Under the pieces are notes generated by a model. It had not been told where the DNA came from, ran no database searches, and saw only the letters and a list, made by a program, of their open reading frames with translations. Shown in pieces: positions 30,058-40,720 of a stretch of 64,000 nucleotides of DNA. Position numbers and translations under genes: made by a program. Positions within the stretch are counted from its first letter, which is position 1. Each line of letters begins with the position of its first letter. The stretch comes from a virus. Location: positions 1 through 64,000 of the IMG/VR virus record IMGVR_UViG_3300044712_000688, one strand, 5' to 3'.

Positions 30058-33000
30058 TATTTGATCCTTCGTGAAGCTCCAGCAGGAGCGGCTGATGCGG
30101 TTGCAGCGATTGCTGCTCCAGCGATTTGACCAACGATAACCGCGGCTACGGTTGCCTTCTGTGCTTCTTCACGAACCTGAGGGTTCATGTCAGCACCAAC
30201 GTTAGACAAAAGGTTTAGAACTTCGGCAACTGCAACTGCGGCAGCACCAATACCTGGGATGCTTGCTAGCTCCTCTGACACAACAATGTCGTCAGCCTGA
30301 GCTGCAACATACAGTGCGTCAAGAGCTTGCTGGTATTCTTCTGATCCCTTTTCTGCGGTTTCGAATACCTGTAGAGCTGCTTCCTTAATTGCTTCCGCCT
30401 GAGATGGGGTTAGGTCCGTAGGAACAATCTCATCGAGAGCAATATTCAAAAGAACATCAGCAGTAATAACTTCTGGAAGATCCTTTACTGAGCTAATTGG
30501 TTCTTCTGGCTTAGCTGGTTCTTCTGGAGTCGGGGTTGGCTCTGGAGTTGGAGTTGGTTCAGGAGTTGGTTCAACGGTTGGTTCAGGTGTAGGAGTTGGC
30601 TCTGGGGTTGGGTCAACTGTAGGTTCTGGAGTCGGCTCTGGTGTTGGTGTTGGTGTTGGTGTTGGTTCTGGAGTTGGTTCTGGAGTTGGTTCTGGAGTTG
30701 GAGTCGGCTCAGGGGTAGGTTCTGGGGTTGGAGTTGGAGTTGGCTCTGGGGTAGGGGTAGGAGTAGGAGTAGGGGTAGGTTCTGGGGTTGGAGTTGGAGT
30801 TGGCTCTGGCTGAGGAGTTGGTGGGATAACTACAGGAATTGGGGTGTAGTTAATGTCTTGAATAATAAGAACTTTGACCACGCCAGGGCAGGTGTCTCCA
30901 GCAATGCTGTTGTCTGAGAAGGCAACAACTGACGAAGTTCCTGCGAAGATCTGAGTCATCTGTTGAGAAACATCTAGACCACAAGATGCGTCTTCTGGGT
31001 TTCCATACCAAGCTGTCACTGTCTGGAATGTGTGGCCTTGGATTGCATTGATTAGAAGTGATTGACCTTCAACAATCGAGTAAACTCCTGTTGGAGCTGG
31101 GGCTGGAATGTTGGCAGTGATAGTGGTTGAGAACTCTGAGTACAGCGAGATGCTATCAATATCACCGCGGATCTTGAAGGTGTAGGTTAGACCTCTTCCT
31201 CCGGTTGATGCAAAGATCTGAGCTGGGAGGTTGATTGAAGTAGAGTTGGCAGCTACTCCCCATCCTGCGTTGTTGCCAGTTGTGAAGAACACCGCGTAGC
31301 GTTCTACCTGAGTGTTCTGAGTGACTGATGCATCCCAAGTCAGGGTTACGGAACCATCTGAGTTAACGGTTGCCTGAAGATTAGTTGGAGCTTGAATCTT
31401 CGGAGAAACCTCTAGGTTGTTTGCGTACGCGAATGGGTGGGTGACCTGTGCTGAGAAGTTTGCAACATTAATTGCGTAGTAGGTATTTGTGTTGTTGGTG
31501 TAATCAAACTGGTTGTACTCAACAAATACTCCACCCTTACCGTCCCAGGTATTGCCCTGGATAGATGCGCCTCGTTGGTTAGATCTGCCGTCATTGTTGC
31601 GGTCATCTAGGGTGATAGCTTTATTTACGTTGTTGATAAAGGTGTTGTTGTGGATTACACGGCCCTGCGGTGGGTCCGAGAAGAACGAAGTCCAGCTGGT
31701 AGGAATCCACGAACTTGTGTAGATAGCGTACTGGTTTCCGTTGAATGTTGAGTTAGTTACTCGGTGCTTGTTGATTCCTTGCATGCGGAATCCAAACACG
31801 TTTGAGTTGAAGGTTGAGTTGTCAACTAAAACTGTGCGCTCACCGTAGATGGCAGTTGAGTTGCTGGTGAATGTTGTTCCGGTGATAGTGATGCGGTTGT
31901 CGTAAGCAGTGTCTACAGCTGTAGTAACGGAAGGGGTTGATCCGTAGTTAGAGAAGATACCTTGGTTGTTGTTCGTGAAAAGTGAGTTCGAGATGTTGAT
32001 GTACGAACCACCTTCCTTAGTTGTTACGGCAGTTCCCTGTGAGATGTTGCGGAAGTGGACGTTATTAACGTTGGCGGTTCCACGAACAATCCACAAAGCC
32101 GAACCGCGTTGCCAGTCAGCTGCGTATGTGTTCTGGATGGTGACATTAGATAGGTTTAGCGTTAGAGAGCTATTTCTCATGTCAAACGCTGTGAACTGGC
32201 CGTTTCCGTCAATAATCGAGGTTGCTCGGTTGGCAGAAGTGATTGTGATGTTCTGAGTAATCAGCGGTAGATTTGCGGTCAGAACAATTGGCTCTGTCGT
32301 CTTAATAGTGATGAGATCGTAGATACCGCCAGCTTGTGCGTTAGCCTGTGCGATTGCCCAGCGGAGGGTTCCTTCAGCTGTAGTGTCAGCTGTAGAGGTA
32401 ACTTCTAGGCTGGTAGGTGGCAAAGTAATGGCAGAAATCGCATCTGCAACTGCTTGTTTTGCAACTGTAGCAGTGTTTATTGCATTTGTGAGGGCAGTAA
32501 GAGTGGCAGAAACTACCTGTTGTGCATTGTCACGGATTGTTTCTAGGTTCTGAAGGTAGCTTGGGGCAGACAAATTGGTGTAATTTTGCTGAGAACTCGC
32601 AAGTGTAGCAGTCGCTGAAGTTACTGCATTGGTTGCTGAAGTGTAATTTGGAGTCAAAGCATCTAATGTTGCCTGTGCATCTAGGTAAGTCTGGTAGGCA
32701 TTTGCGTTGTATGAGTTGCTGGTGAATGTGAACTTATCTAGATAAAGGATGTCAAAGTCGCCTGGAATGACATAAGACTTAATAACTTTGCCAGAAGGTG
32801 CAGTGTAGGAAACGTTGCAGTAGTAGTTAGGGCAGTTATTGTTTCCGACACCATTAGGATTTGTGAAGGTGGCGGTGGTGTCATCAGTGAAGGTAACGGT
32901 AATTAGCTGGTCGCCATTACGTGCGTAGGTCTCGAAGCCTAGGGCGGTAGGTGAGGAGTTTGTAGGTGGAATTATTGTCAGACCTTGGCCCCACTGGTTC

Positions 33001-33626
33001 ACAAAGATGCGTCCGCTTGTAAGCATTGGGTTGCCAGTGTTAGACGCAATAGGGGTTGTACCAGCTAGCAGGAAGCGAATACCTGATGTGATCTGGTTAC
33101 CGTCAAAGTTCTCGATGATGTTCGAGTTGACAACGGTTGATTGATAGTTATTGAAGGCAGTATTTCTAGCAGACAAAGCTGCAGAATAGCTTGGTTGTAG
33201 GGCTGTCAGGGAAGCGGTAGCTGAGTCATAGTTTGCTTGGGCAACATCTAACGAAGCCTGAGCTGTAGCGATCTGCCTTGGAACAGCGCTAACGTTTGTC
33301 TGCGCTGTTTGAAGTGAAGCTAGTGCGCTGTAGTAGTTCTGTAGGGCTGTAGACGCATTTGCAACTTCTGATGAAAAAGTACCTAGGGTTGATGCAAACG
33401 TATTAAGTTCGTTGATCCTAGAAGAAGCGTAGGTCTGGTAGTGCCCTGTATAAGTTGAATACTGCTGGGTGTAGCTCTGTAGGTCCTGCTGGAGCCCTGC
33501 AACCTGCTGAGCAGGGTCTTCGGACGCATATGAGATTGTAGAGCCAACTGTTAGCGGAAATAGGAAAGCAAGGCTTACCGCTAAATATGCACTTAATAGA
33601 GGTCTATTTCTTAGGCTTAGACGCAT
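30057..33626 (-). CDS. Large exported protein: coiled coil, parallel beta-helix, FN3, lectin-like module, PT/PE linker, C-terminal membrane segment
   Basis: N-terminal hydrophobic helix; [18 protein letters not shown]; Asn-rich helix repeats; QAPTNL FN3; (TP)n(EP) at 30520-30830. Confidence 0.75.
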   Translation of the reverse strand: MRLSLRNRPLLSAYLAVSLAFLFPLTVGSTISYASEDPAQQVAGLQQDLQSYTQQYSTYTGHYQTYASSRINELNTFASTLGTFSSEVANASTALQNYYSALASLQTAQTNVSAVPRQIATAQASLDVAQANYDSATASLTALQPSYSAALSARNTAFNNYQSTVVNSNIIENFDGNQITSGIRFLLAGTTPIASNTGNPMLTSGRIFVNQWGQGLTIIPPTNSSPTALGFETYARNGDQLITVTFTDDTTATFTNPNGVGNNNCPNYYCNVSYTAPSGKVIKSYVIPGDFDILYLDKFTFTSNSYNANAYQTYLDAQATLDALTPNYTSATNAVTSATATLASSQQNYTNLSAPSYLQNLETIRDNAQQVVSATLTALTNAINTATVAKQAVADAISAITLPPTSLEVTSTADTTAEGTLRWAIAQANAQAGGIYDLITIKTTEPIVLTANLPLITQNITITSANRATSIIDGNGQFTAFDMRNSSLTLNLSNVTIQNTYAADWQRGSALWIVRGTANVNNVHFRNISQGTAVTTKEGGSYINISNSLFTNNNQGIFSNYGSTPSVTTAVDTAYDNRITITGTTFTSNSTAIYGERTVLVDNSTFNSNVFGFRMQGINKHRVTNSTFNGNQYAIYTSSWIPTSWTSFFSDPPQGRVIHNNTFINNVNKAITLDDRNNDGRSNQRGASIQGNTWDGKGGVFVEYNQFDYTNNTNTYYAINVANFSAQVTHPFAYANNLEVSPKIQAPTNLQATVNSDGSVTLTWDASVTQNTQVERYAVFFTTGNNAGWGVAANSTSINLPAQIFASTGGRGLTYTFKIRGDIDSISLYSEFSTTITANIPAPAPTGVYSIVEGQSLLINAIQGHTFQTVTAWYGNPEDASCGLDVSQQMTQIFAGTSSVVAFSDNSIAGDTCPGVVKVLIIQDINYTPIPVVIPPTPQPEPTPTPTPEPTPTPTPTPTPEPTPTPTPEPTPEPTPTPEPTPEPTPEPTPTPTPTPEPTPEPTVDPTPEPTPTPEPTVEPTPEPTPTPEPTPTPEEPAKPEEPISSVKDLPEVITADVLLNIALDEIVPTDLTPSQAEAIKEAALQVFETAEKGSEEYQQALDALYVAAQADDIVVSEELASIPGIGAAAVAVAEVLNLLSNVGADMNPQVREEAQKATVAAVIVGQIAGAAIAATASAAPAGASRRIK

Positions 33627-33909
33627 TTGAGGAGTCTTCTCCAGCTTCTTTGAGGCGGACAACTTGAGAGAAAATCATGTTGACTTCACTTCGGCTGATC
33701 TTTCCGTCCTCTAAGAAAGCGAGAGCTAGCTTCTCAACAACCTTTGCAACTGCTAGCAGACCACCAAGCGCGGCAGACATCCATACATCTAAACCAATAA
33801 TTGAGCCAGCTCCGATTACGCCGAGTGCGCTGGCAATGAATGTGGCTATAACCCTGTACGTGATGTCGAGGGTTAGCCCGGCTTTGCTGTTCTTATTTTT
33901 TGTAGACAA
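33604..33909 (-). CDS. Small membrane protein (paralog of 10489-10749)
   Basis: Shared motif pattern. Confidence 0.65.
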   Translation of the reverse strand: MSTKNKNSKAGLTLDITYRVIATFIASALGVIGAGSIIGLDVWMSAALGGLLAVAKVVEKLALAFLEDGKISRSEVNMIFSQVVRLKEAGEDSSNASKPKK

Positions 33910-34354
33910 AATGGAGGCTCCGATTAGGTGGCCTCTCCCCGATACCTATTTTACCATGTATAGCTTGCGCTGAATCGCCGTAGATGTTAGTATTTAGGGG
34001 ACCTTAAGGAGGTTACTGTGGTAATTTCATTCGTTCTAGATTGGGCTTCATTTGTTGCCGGAGTGGTGACAACCCTACTAGTCAGCTTCATTGGGCTGTT
34101 TGTTGTTGCTGGTATTCAGTACCGTAAGCACTCTCGTGGCACCGGACGCCGAGGCCGTATCTAAGTTATACTTAGAGCATGGAAGATAGCTGGAGCTTAG
34201 TGTTGTTGGTGGTCGTTGTTATATGGCTACTATCAATACTAAGTTTTAGCATCTACTTCTGGCTTAGGGTTATGCCCGTTCTAAAGCAACTTCAGGAAGA
34301 GCCAGACGGAAACATGCAGCTGGTGAAGATCTTTTTCCCGCCTAAGTTCCACCG

Positions 34355-34576
34355 CTAAGAGAAACTCTCTTCTTCTTCCTCTGGCCCCCACGCATATAAC
34401 TTTGCAGTGCTTAGTAGATCTATAGCTTCATAAGCTAGGGCTTCTACTGCAAGTAGCAGGTCCGCCTTCTTCTCTGGGTCCGTAGGTTCTTCTACCTCGT
34501 AATGCGCCTCTTGGATGGCATAAGTACATAGCTCTATACGTTCTAGAGCTCGGCGCAGTGGATCCCTGGTTTCCAT
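34355..34576 (-). CDS. Hypothetical protein
   Basis: 73 aa ORF. Confidence 0.55.
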   Translation of the reverse strand: METRDPLRRALERIELCTYAIQEAHYEVEEPTDPEKKADLLLAVEALAYEAIDLLSTAKLYAWGPEEEEESFS

Positions 34577-34605
34577 GAAACTATTTTAGCTTGGGATACT
34601 TTACC

Positions 34606-35619
34606 CTATTTAAGAAGTGCGTAAACCTTTTCGGTGACGTGTAGTGGTTTGTCTGCTGGACCCTTCACATATGAATCAATCCAGATGCGCTTGCGCTTCC
34701 ATTCCTTGTTGGCATCTTTATATGGTTGCCAGCGCCAGAATCCGTTTACAACCCAGCGGTGCGAATACTCTCGATCGCTTGATCCCCCGGAACTCGCAAC
34801 TGTTGCGTACTTACGTCGAATGTCAATGACCGTAACTTCGGTTGGCATCTTGCTTTTTGTAAGTCGAGCTGCTTTTTTCTTAGTAGCTTCGGCCTTAGAT
34901 AGATGGATTACCTCTGGTTCTTGGTTGAGCATGAGCATTAGAGCGTGAAAAACCTGCCTAGGATCTAGGTCAATTGCGTGCACGCTATACATTTCGCGAC
35001 TCTTAGCAGTGAACTCTTCGCGCTCTTCGGGGGTAACAGGAGAGAGTTGAGTTCCTTCGCGATATGAAAGGTTGAACCTAAATACCCAGCGTTCCCGTTT
35101 AATCTGGTCAAAGCCGTGGCGCTCTAGGTACTCTGTCCATGACCCCTTGGAGCCGTCCGCTTCGTTGAACTTATCATTCAGTCCGTAAACAAGAACGTTA
35201 CTAGGATCCTTAGGCTGTTCGCACCACAACAAAGCGTGAATAGTCATGCCCTCGGATACCTTAATACCCTGCGCAAAGTAGCAGAACCCGTACTTACTAG
35301 GTAGTAGCGTTAGATCTGTAAGGTCGGTATTGTCCATTGCTCCGGCGGATGCCTGGATAACTGCAGACATCTCTGGGTCGCAGTAGAAAACCTTTGGATT
35401 ACTATTGGCAACTGCAGCTACGCCGAACGCTAGGTAGTCGGCGCTTTCTTTAAGTTCCTTACCGTCAGTGCGCTTAGTTGGGTCAATCCCTTGAACAATA
35501 GAGTTGTTTACAAGGGTAGTAGCAAGGATCCTAAAGGAGCTTGCTTCAATGAACTGGTCATTCCTACTTACCTTAGCTAGGTCCGCGAGTAGTTCTAATG
35601 TATCTCGTGCATTAATCAT
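34606..35619 (-). CDS. Phage protein with C-terminal HRWVVNGFWRWQ...RIWI..YVKGP motif
   Basis: 337 aa; motif recurrent in phage hypothetical proteins. Confidence 0.7.
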   Translation of the reverse strand: MINARDTLELLADLAKVSRNDQFIEASSFRILATTLVNNSIVQGIDPTKRTDGKELKESADYLAFGVAAVANSNPKVFYCDPEMSAVIQASAGAMDNTDLTDLTLLPSKYGFCYFAQGIKVSEGMTIHALLWCEQPKDPSNVLVYGLNDKFNEADGSKGSWTEYLERHGFDQIKRERWVFRFNLSYREGTQLSPVTPEEREEFTAKSREMYSVHAIDLDPRQVFHALMLMLNQEPEVIHLSKAEATKKKAARLTKSKMPTEVTVIDIRRKYATVASSGGSSDREYSHRWVVNGFWRWQPYKDANKEWKRKRIWIDSYVKGPADKPLHVTEKVYALLK

Positions 35620-36351
35620 GCTCTGACCCTACACCTCATATATAGATATGTCAACCCGCGGTGTGGGCCGCGCCGACGACGGGCTTAAAACTAGAGGGGG
35701 TGGCGGGGGCGGGAAGTCGTAGTAGGTATATGGGCAAAATAAGTTCGAACGAAGGATTCGTTGGAAGTAAAAAATAATAGACGCCGGTATTTAGATTCCT
35801 GTATCTAGATTCCTGTATCTGGATTCCTGAAATGCAATGCAGGAAATAAAGTTCTGGTATTTGACTTAAGTTGCTGCAACTTCGAATGAAGGTTCGTTGG
35901 AAGTTTACCTGGGAGGAACGTTACCGTTCCGTTATAAAAGAAAAAGATGGAAGGGTTAGGGTGAAAATGATAGACGCCGATATACGGATATAAGAAGCAG
36001 AGGCAGAGGAAAAGAAGGGTGAAGTGTAGCAGGGTGGGTTGGAGTATAGAAGGGTATGGGATTTAAGGCAAATGATAAACGCCGTTATTTATTTTGATAA
36101 TATCCGAAGGATCGGAGCTAAGGTAGGGTGGGTTATTAGCAAGAAGGGAGAAAAAAGAAGTGGAAAATTTTGCTAATGAAACTATGGTATCTATCTACTA
36201 TTAAATTATTAGTGATTATATTTCCTATTCACGCGCGAGAGATTTTTCCTAGCGCTGAATGTAAACCATAGTCGTTGATAGATTTATAGAAAAGTGATAG
36301 TATGTAATTGCTTGTAATTTGACATTTGACTTTTGAGATTGGAGAAAGGTT
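35620..36351. other. Non-coding divergence region; origin- or terminus-like
   Basis: No ORF; genes diverge; 14-bp tandem repeat, three spaced ATARACGCCG-n-TAT boxes, two inverted pairs of the TTCGTTnGAAGT motif, purine-skewed tract. Confidence 0.55.
35792..35829 (+). repeat. 14-bp tandem repeat TAGATTCCTGTATC x2.7
   Basis: Units at 35792, 35806 and 35820 (partial). Confidence 0.85.
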
Positions 36352-36810
36352 ATGAGTGATGTTTTTGACTTCCTAGGTGTAGACGAAAACGAAGCCGAGG
36401 AATATCTGAAAGAGATCGAGAACGGCAAACATATTCAGGATCGACGAGTTTGTATTTGTGGACATCCGATGGTGCGCCACAAGTTGGAAGTTGACCTGGG
36501 ATACTTTGTTTGCAGTCCAAACGCAGCTGGTTGTTTGTGTAGGACACCAAGGGCAGTGTTGGAGACCGGAGACTTGCGTAAGTTCTTGCGGAGTACCAAA
36601 GGAATGGGTTCGTCTCATGCTTTGACCCAGGGAATGTTGGCAGCTAAGAAGGCTGATGTTGAGATGAACTGGATTGAACAACCAAGCTGTGACAAGTGTG
36701 GCGCAAGTGGAGTTAAAGTTATTCCAGCACCAGTAAGTCCAAATGGTCAGATCTTGGACAAAGCAAGTCGTTTGAACGTCTTCTTGTGTCAAGACTGTCT
36801 TTTGTTGTAG
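36352..36810 (+). CDS. Cys-rich Zn-binding protein
   Basis: CICGH, CLC, CDKC, CQDC; GAGAAAGG RBS. Confidence 0.7.
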   Translation: MSDVFDFLGVDENEAEEYLKEIENGKHIQDRRVCICGHPMVRHKLEVDLGYFVCSPNAAGCLCRTPRAVLETGDLRKFLRSTKGMGSSHALTQGMLAAKKADVEMNWIEQPSCDKCGASGVKVIPAPVSPNGQILDKASRLNVFLCQDCLLL

Positions 36811-36811
36811 G

Positions 36812-37036
36812 ATGGGGTTTAAGATGATGAAAGAAGAAGCTGCCCGATATCTTGAAGAACACATTCAAGTATTGGTAGACTACGATCTGATTGATTCAGG
36901 AGTAGCGGAAACGCTAACTGAATATATCTGGAAAGCTATCGGGGACATTGATCCGGTGGTTGACGTTGACTCACTAAACCAGATTTGGAAAAAATTTGGA
37001 GAAGAGGAAGAAGGACTAGGCCATGGGTCTATTTGA
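36812..37036 (+). CDS. Hypothetical protein
   Basis: Operonic ORF. Confidence 0.55.
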   Translation: MGFKMMKEEAARYLEEHIQVLVDYDLIDSGVAETLTEYIWKAIGDIDPVVDVDSLNQIWKKFGEEEEGLGHGSI

Positions 37037-37349
37037 TTGGTTCCGCAAGGACAAGAAGAACACGCCAGCTGGTGTTGAGCGTGACGATAATGGTCGCTGG
37101 GTTGAGATTGAGGTAGTCCCAGCAACCGTATCTGGCAAGATTGATTCAATCCCAGAAATCAAGATTGAAGACAAGACTAAGCCAAAGCCAAAGCCTAAGC
37201 CGAAGAAGGTTGTTGCACCTACAACAAAGACTAAGCCAGTGGCTAAGTCGGCGGAGAAGAAGGAAGCAATCAAGAAGGATCTTGCTGACACTCCAGTTGC
37301 TAAGGCAAAGCCAAAGCCAAAGCCAAAGACCACTCCTAAAAAGAAGTAG
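37023..37349 (+). CDS. Lys/Pro-rich basic protein (histone H1-like tail)
   Basis: KPKPKPKPKK repeats. Confidence 0.65.
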   Translation: MGLFDWFRKDKKNTPAGVERDDNGRWVEIEVVPATVSGKIDSIPEIKIEDKTKPKPKPKPKKVVAPTTKTKPVAKSAEKKEAIKKDLADTPVAKAKPKPKPKTTPKKK

Positions 37350-37380
37350 GATGGATGTATAGGCGGGAGAGCCTGTACTC

Positions 37381-37420
37381 AAACGGGTCAGTTTTCGGAC
37401 TGGCCCGTTTTCTTTTTTGT
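37381..37420 (+). terminator. Intrinsic terminator
   Basis: AAACGGGTCAGT-TTTCG-GACTGGCCCGTTTT plus T tract. Confidence 0.8.
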
Positions 37421-37435
37421 TGATAGAATTTAAAC

Positions 37436-38449
37436 ATGCTACCTACTTGGGACAAACCAGAATTCAACTCAGAGTACTACGAAGACCAGAGATATCTTTC
37501 CTTGAATGAACGAGGGATGTTTGTTGCGAACGAGACTAGTCGGATGAATGGTCACGGTGGCAAAATCATTGATTTGATTTCGGACGATAGGAAAGTCGTC
37601 ATTCCGATTCAGACCGCGTACTTCCATGTACTTACAGAGATTCTTCCTATCATCGTCAGCGAGATCAACGATGCTGAGTTAGACGGGAAGACGGTCCACT
37701 TTGTTTTGGGGATTGATGCCGGACAAGAGATGTTCCTAAGTACTCACGTGGCCCAGGTCTACGAGCATGTAAATAATCAGATAGTTCGTCATGGACACAA
37801 GGTTTCTTCGGTGGCATTGAGCAGTAATGACGAGCTGCTTATTGACAACTTTGCTATCTACAGGCAGTGCAATAGCAACTTGGCCTTGATTAGGAATGTT
37901 TCGGCATTCGTACTTGATGGCGTTGTTGATTTATCCAAGGTGGAACCAACTAGGAAGGTTTACCTGAGCCGAAGCAAGACTCTATCGAACAGTGTGTTTA
38001 GGGCAACGGATGAAGAATATCTAACACTGAGCATCGATGAGATTCGAGAGAAGTACAAGTACAAGATAAGCGATCGTGTTGATGACGAAGCTTTGTTGGA
38101 AGAATACTTTTCTGGGATGGGCTTCGAGATTATCTATCCAGAAGATATCAAGTCGTTTGAAGATCAGCTCAAGTTGGTTTCAGAAATCAAGACGGTTGTT
38201 TCAATCACCAGTGCAGGTCTAACTTCGATGATGTTCATGAAGCCAGGCGGAGTGGTCATCGAGTTGTCTACCCCACTAGACATCCTCATGGGTGAGGACA
38301 AGCACTTCATTTCTATCCACCCTCACTATCTCTACCTCGCTCACGAGTTCAAGCACATCTATGTTTCGCTACCGCACAGTAGGTCGGCCACCGAAATTGT
38401 TGAACGGATTACAAGCGATTCAAAAATCAAGAACCTATTTTCCAACTAG
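37436..38449 (+). CDS. Glycosyltransferase family 61 (DUF563)
   Basis: YFH...EILP, KVYLSRS...RV, FEDQLKL, AGLTSMMFM...VIEL. Confidence 0.8.
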   Translation: MLPTWDKPEFNSEYYEDQRYLSLNERGMFVANETSRMNGHGGKIIDLISDDRKVVIPIQTAYFHVLTEILPIIVSEINDAELDGKTVHFVLGIDAGQEMFLSTHVAQVYEHVNNQIVRHGHKVSSVALSSNDELLIDNFAIYRQCNSNLALIRNVSAFVLDGVVDLSKVEPTRKVYLSRSKTLSNSVFRATDEEYLTLSIDEIREKYKYKISDRVDDEALLEEYFSGMGFEIIYPEDIKSFEDQLKLVSEIKTVVSITSAGLTSMMFMKPGGVVIELSTPLDILMGEDKHFISIHPHYLYLAHEFKHIYVSLPHSRSATEIVERITSDSKIKNLFSN

Positions 38450-38455
38450 GACGAA

Positions 38456-39802
38456 ATGAACAAAGCACTTCTGTTCGATCTTGATGGAGTTCTGGTTGAT
38501 AGCCGAGAGCTTCACTTCGAAGCACTGAACTTGGCTTTGGCAGAGATTGACCCGAAGTATGTGATTAGTCTCGATGAGCAAGCAACAACTTACGAAGGAC
38601 TCACAACCAAAGTCAAGCTCGAGATTCTGAACAAGACCAGGGGATTTCCAGCCGATAGGTTCAAAGATGTTTGGCGGAGCAAGCAAAACCACACGGCTAA
38701 ACTATTTGAAAGTTTGAAAGAAGACCCAGAGCTCATCGAGATCTTTGAGCTTATTGAGAGCAGGGGTTTCAAGGTTGGTGTTGTCAGCAACAGCATCCGA
38801 CAAACTTTGGATGTGTGTCTTGAGAAACTAGGTATTGCTGAGTACATTGATTTGTCACTAAGTAACGAAGAAGTTTTGGAAGTCAAGCCATCCCCTAGCG
38901 GATACAAGATGGCAATGATTGGTTTGAAGTCCGACACCTTGACCACAGCCATCTTCGAAGATAGCATTGTAGGTAGACTTGCAGCTGAACAATCTGGTGC
39001 AAAGTTGGTGCCGGTAGACCAAAGAAAAGATCTAACGAAAGACTTGGTTGTAAAAGTGATGGATGACCTAGAGCAAAGTTCAGGGCCAGTCTTTAATATT
39101 CTTATCCCGATGGCTGGAGCCGGAAGCAGGTTCGCCGAGAAGGGATACGAGAAGCCAAAGTTTTTCATCGATGTTTGTGGCAAACCTATGATTCAACAGG
39201 TGGTGTCATCCTTGGGTATGAGTGGCCACTTCATTTATGTGACCCAATCAGAACACGCAAAGAAGTACGGGCTAAAAGATATTCTGCCGAGTTTAACTCC
39301 CGATGCTTCAGCGGTCACAGTTATCGAGGTCAACGAACTAACCTCGGGAGCTGCCACCACCACCCTCTTGGCTGAACCACTGATCGATAACGATGCTCCA
39401 CTAATCATTTGCAACTCAGACCAACTGGTCCAATGGGCGTCAAAAGATTTCTTGACCTATGCAGGGGACAATAACCTAGACGGATGTATTGCCATCTTTA
39501 GAAGCAACGAACCCCGATGGTCTTATGTAGAGACTTCGGACGGACAAGCCACTCGAGTTGCCGAGAAGGAAGTCATCAGTGATTTGGCAACGGTAGGTAT
39601 CTACTACTGGAAGCATGGCTCAGACTATGTGAAGTATGCCCACCAGATGGTCGCGAAACAGGTCACGACTAATGGCGAATTTTATGTCTGCCCTGTCTAT
39701 AATGAAGCTATCCAAGATGGTAAGAACATCGGTGTCTTTATGGTTGACAAGATGATCAGCCTAGGAACCCCAGAAGATTTGGAGGCATATGTCAACGGCT
39801 AA
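38456..39802 (+). CDS. HAD phosphatase fused to sugar-nucleotidyltransferase
   Basis: FDLDGVL, VKPSP, FEDS; IPMAGAGSRF, YEKPK, GAATT, CNSDQ, LGTPEDL. Confidence 0.88.
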   Translation: MNKALLFDLDGVLVDSRELHFEALNLALAEIDPKYVISLDEQATTYEGLTTKVKLEILNKTRGFPADRFKDVWRSKQNHTAKLFESLKEDPELIEIFELIESRGFKVGVVSNSIRQTLDVCLEKLGIAEYIDLSLSNEEVLEVKPSPSGYKMAMIGLKSDTLTTAIFEDSIVGRLAAEQSGAKLVPVDQRKDLTKDLVVKVMDDLEQSSGPVFNILIPMAGAGSRFAEKGYEKPKFFIDVCGKPMIQQVVSSLGMSGHFIYVTQSEHAKKYGLKDILPSLTPDASAVTVIEVNELTSGAATTTLLAEPLIDNDAPLIICNSDQLVQWASKDFLTYAGDNNLDGCIAIFRSNEPRWSYVETSDGQATRVAEKEVISDLATVGIYYWKHGSDYVKYAHQMVAKQVTTNGEFYVCPVYNEAIQDGKNIGVFMVDKMISLGTPEDLEAYVNG

Positions 39803-40226
39803 GCTAATCTCACACCGAGGCAACATTGACGGCCCGAACCCAGAACTTGAGAACACCCCTTCGTATCTAGTTCAAGCTTTGAATGTAGGAGTCGAAGTCG
39901 AAGTTGATGTCTGGGTCATTGATGGGAAGATCTTCTTCGGACACGATGCCCCACAGCACGAAGTTGGTGAGACCTTCGTTGAGCTCATCCATCGTGATGC
40001 TTGGTTCCATTGTAAAAATCTAGGGGCCCTTGACTACTTCTCAAAGAAGGACCAAGGCTACAAGTTCTTCTGGCACCAGTCCGATGACTACACCCTAACC
40101 AGCCACGGACAGATTTGGGTCTATCCAGGCAAACCTTTCACGAAGGATTCGATTGTCGTTGACCTCCGCCCCGACCACAACTACGGCGAGGGTGAAGTCT
40201 ATGCCGTCTGTGTTGATTACGTCTAG
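39789..40226 (+). CDS. GDPD/PLC-like phosphodiesterase
   Basis: ISHRGN, ENTP, EVDVW, GHD, HCKN. Confidence 0.75.
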   Translation: MSTAKLISHRGNIDGPNPELENTPSYLVQALNVGVEVEVDVWVIDGKIFFGHDAPQHEVGETFVELIHRDAWFHCKNLGALDYFSKKDQGYKFFWHQSDDYTLTSHGQIWVYPGKPFTKDSIVVDLRPDHNYGEGEVYAVCVDYV

Positions 40227-40234
40227 GAATCACT

Positions 40235-40510
40235 ATGGACGAAGACAAACTGATAAAGATTAAGTTAGCTGCCGAGTATGCTCAGGTCAGTGAAGGAACA
40301 ATCTATAACTGGATTAGGCAAGGTTTTCTGAAGTTAGGCTTCCCTGGATACGTCCTTGAATCCGATCTTCGGCGAGCAATCATTTTCGTCAGTGACCACA
40401 AAAAAGAACAAGCCAAGTCGCGTAGTGAGAAGTTCAAGCGTGATGAGAACGGCAAGTTCCGACTTCTATCGGGTGACCTGAACGGTAAAACCGAGGGCGG
40501 ATTACTATAG
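40235..40510 (+). CDS. Excisionase-like HTH DNA-binding protein
   Basis: AAEYAQVSEGTIYNWIRQG. Confidence 0.75.
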   Translation: MDEDKLIKIKLAAEYAQVSEGTIYNWIRQGFLKLGFPGYVLESDLRRAIIFVSDHKKEQAKSRSEKFKRDENGKFRLLSGDLNGKTEGGLL

Positions 40511-40720
40511 CAGGGTGGTTAGATACCCCCAAAGATTTGTTAATAAAAGAGGGAAAAGGCAGCCGTCTCCCTCTCCACGCGCAAAATTTTCGTCCGACTT
40601 CGTCCGAAGATAAATCAACATTAGTGGCGTCGCGTAAAATTAATACAGCGGCGGCTCGTTTACAAGTCCTCTCCCCAGTTAAGCGGGCCGTCGCCCTAAC
40701 TTCGAACGAAAGTTCATGAG

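Noticed and set aside
30520-30830. Minisatellite-like GGAGTT/GGTTCT repeats
   Set aside because: In-frame Pro-Thr/Pro-Glu linker of the large exported protein.
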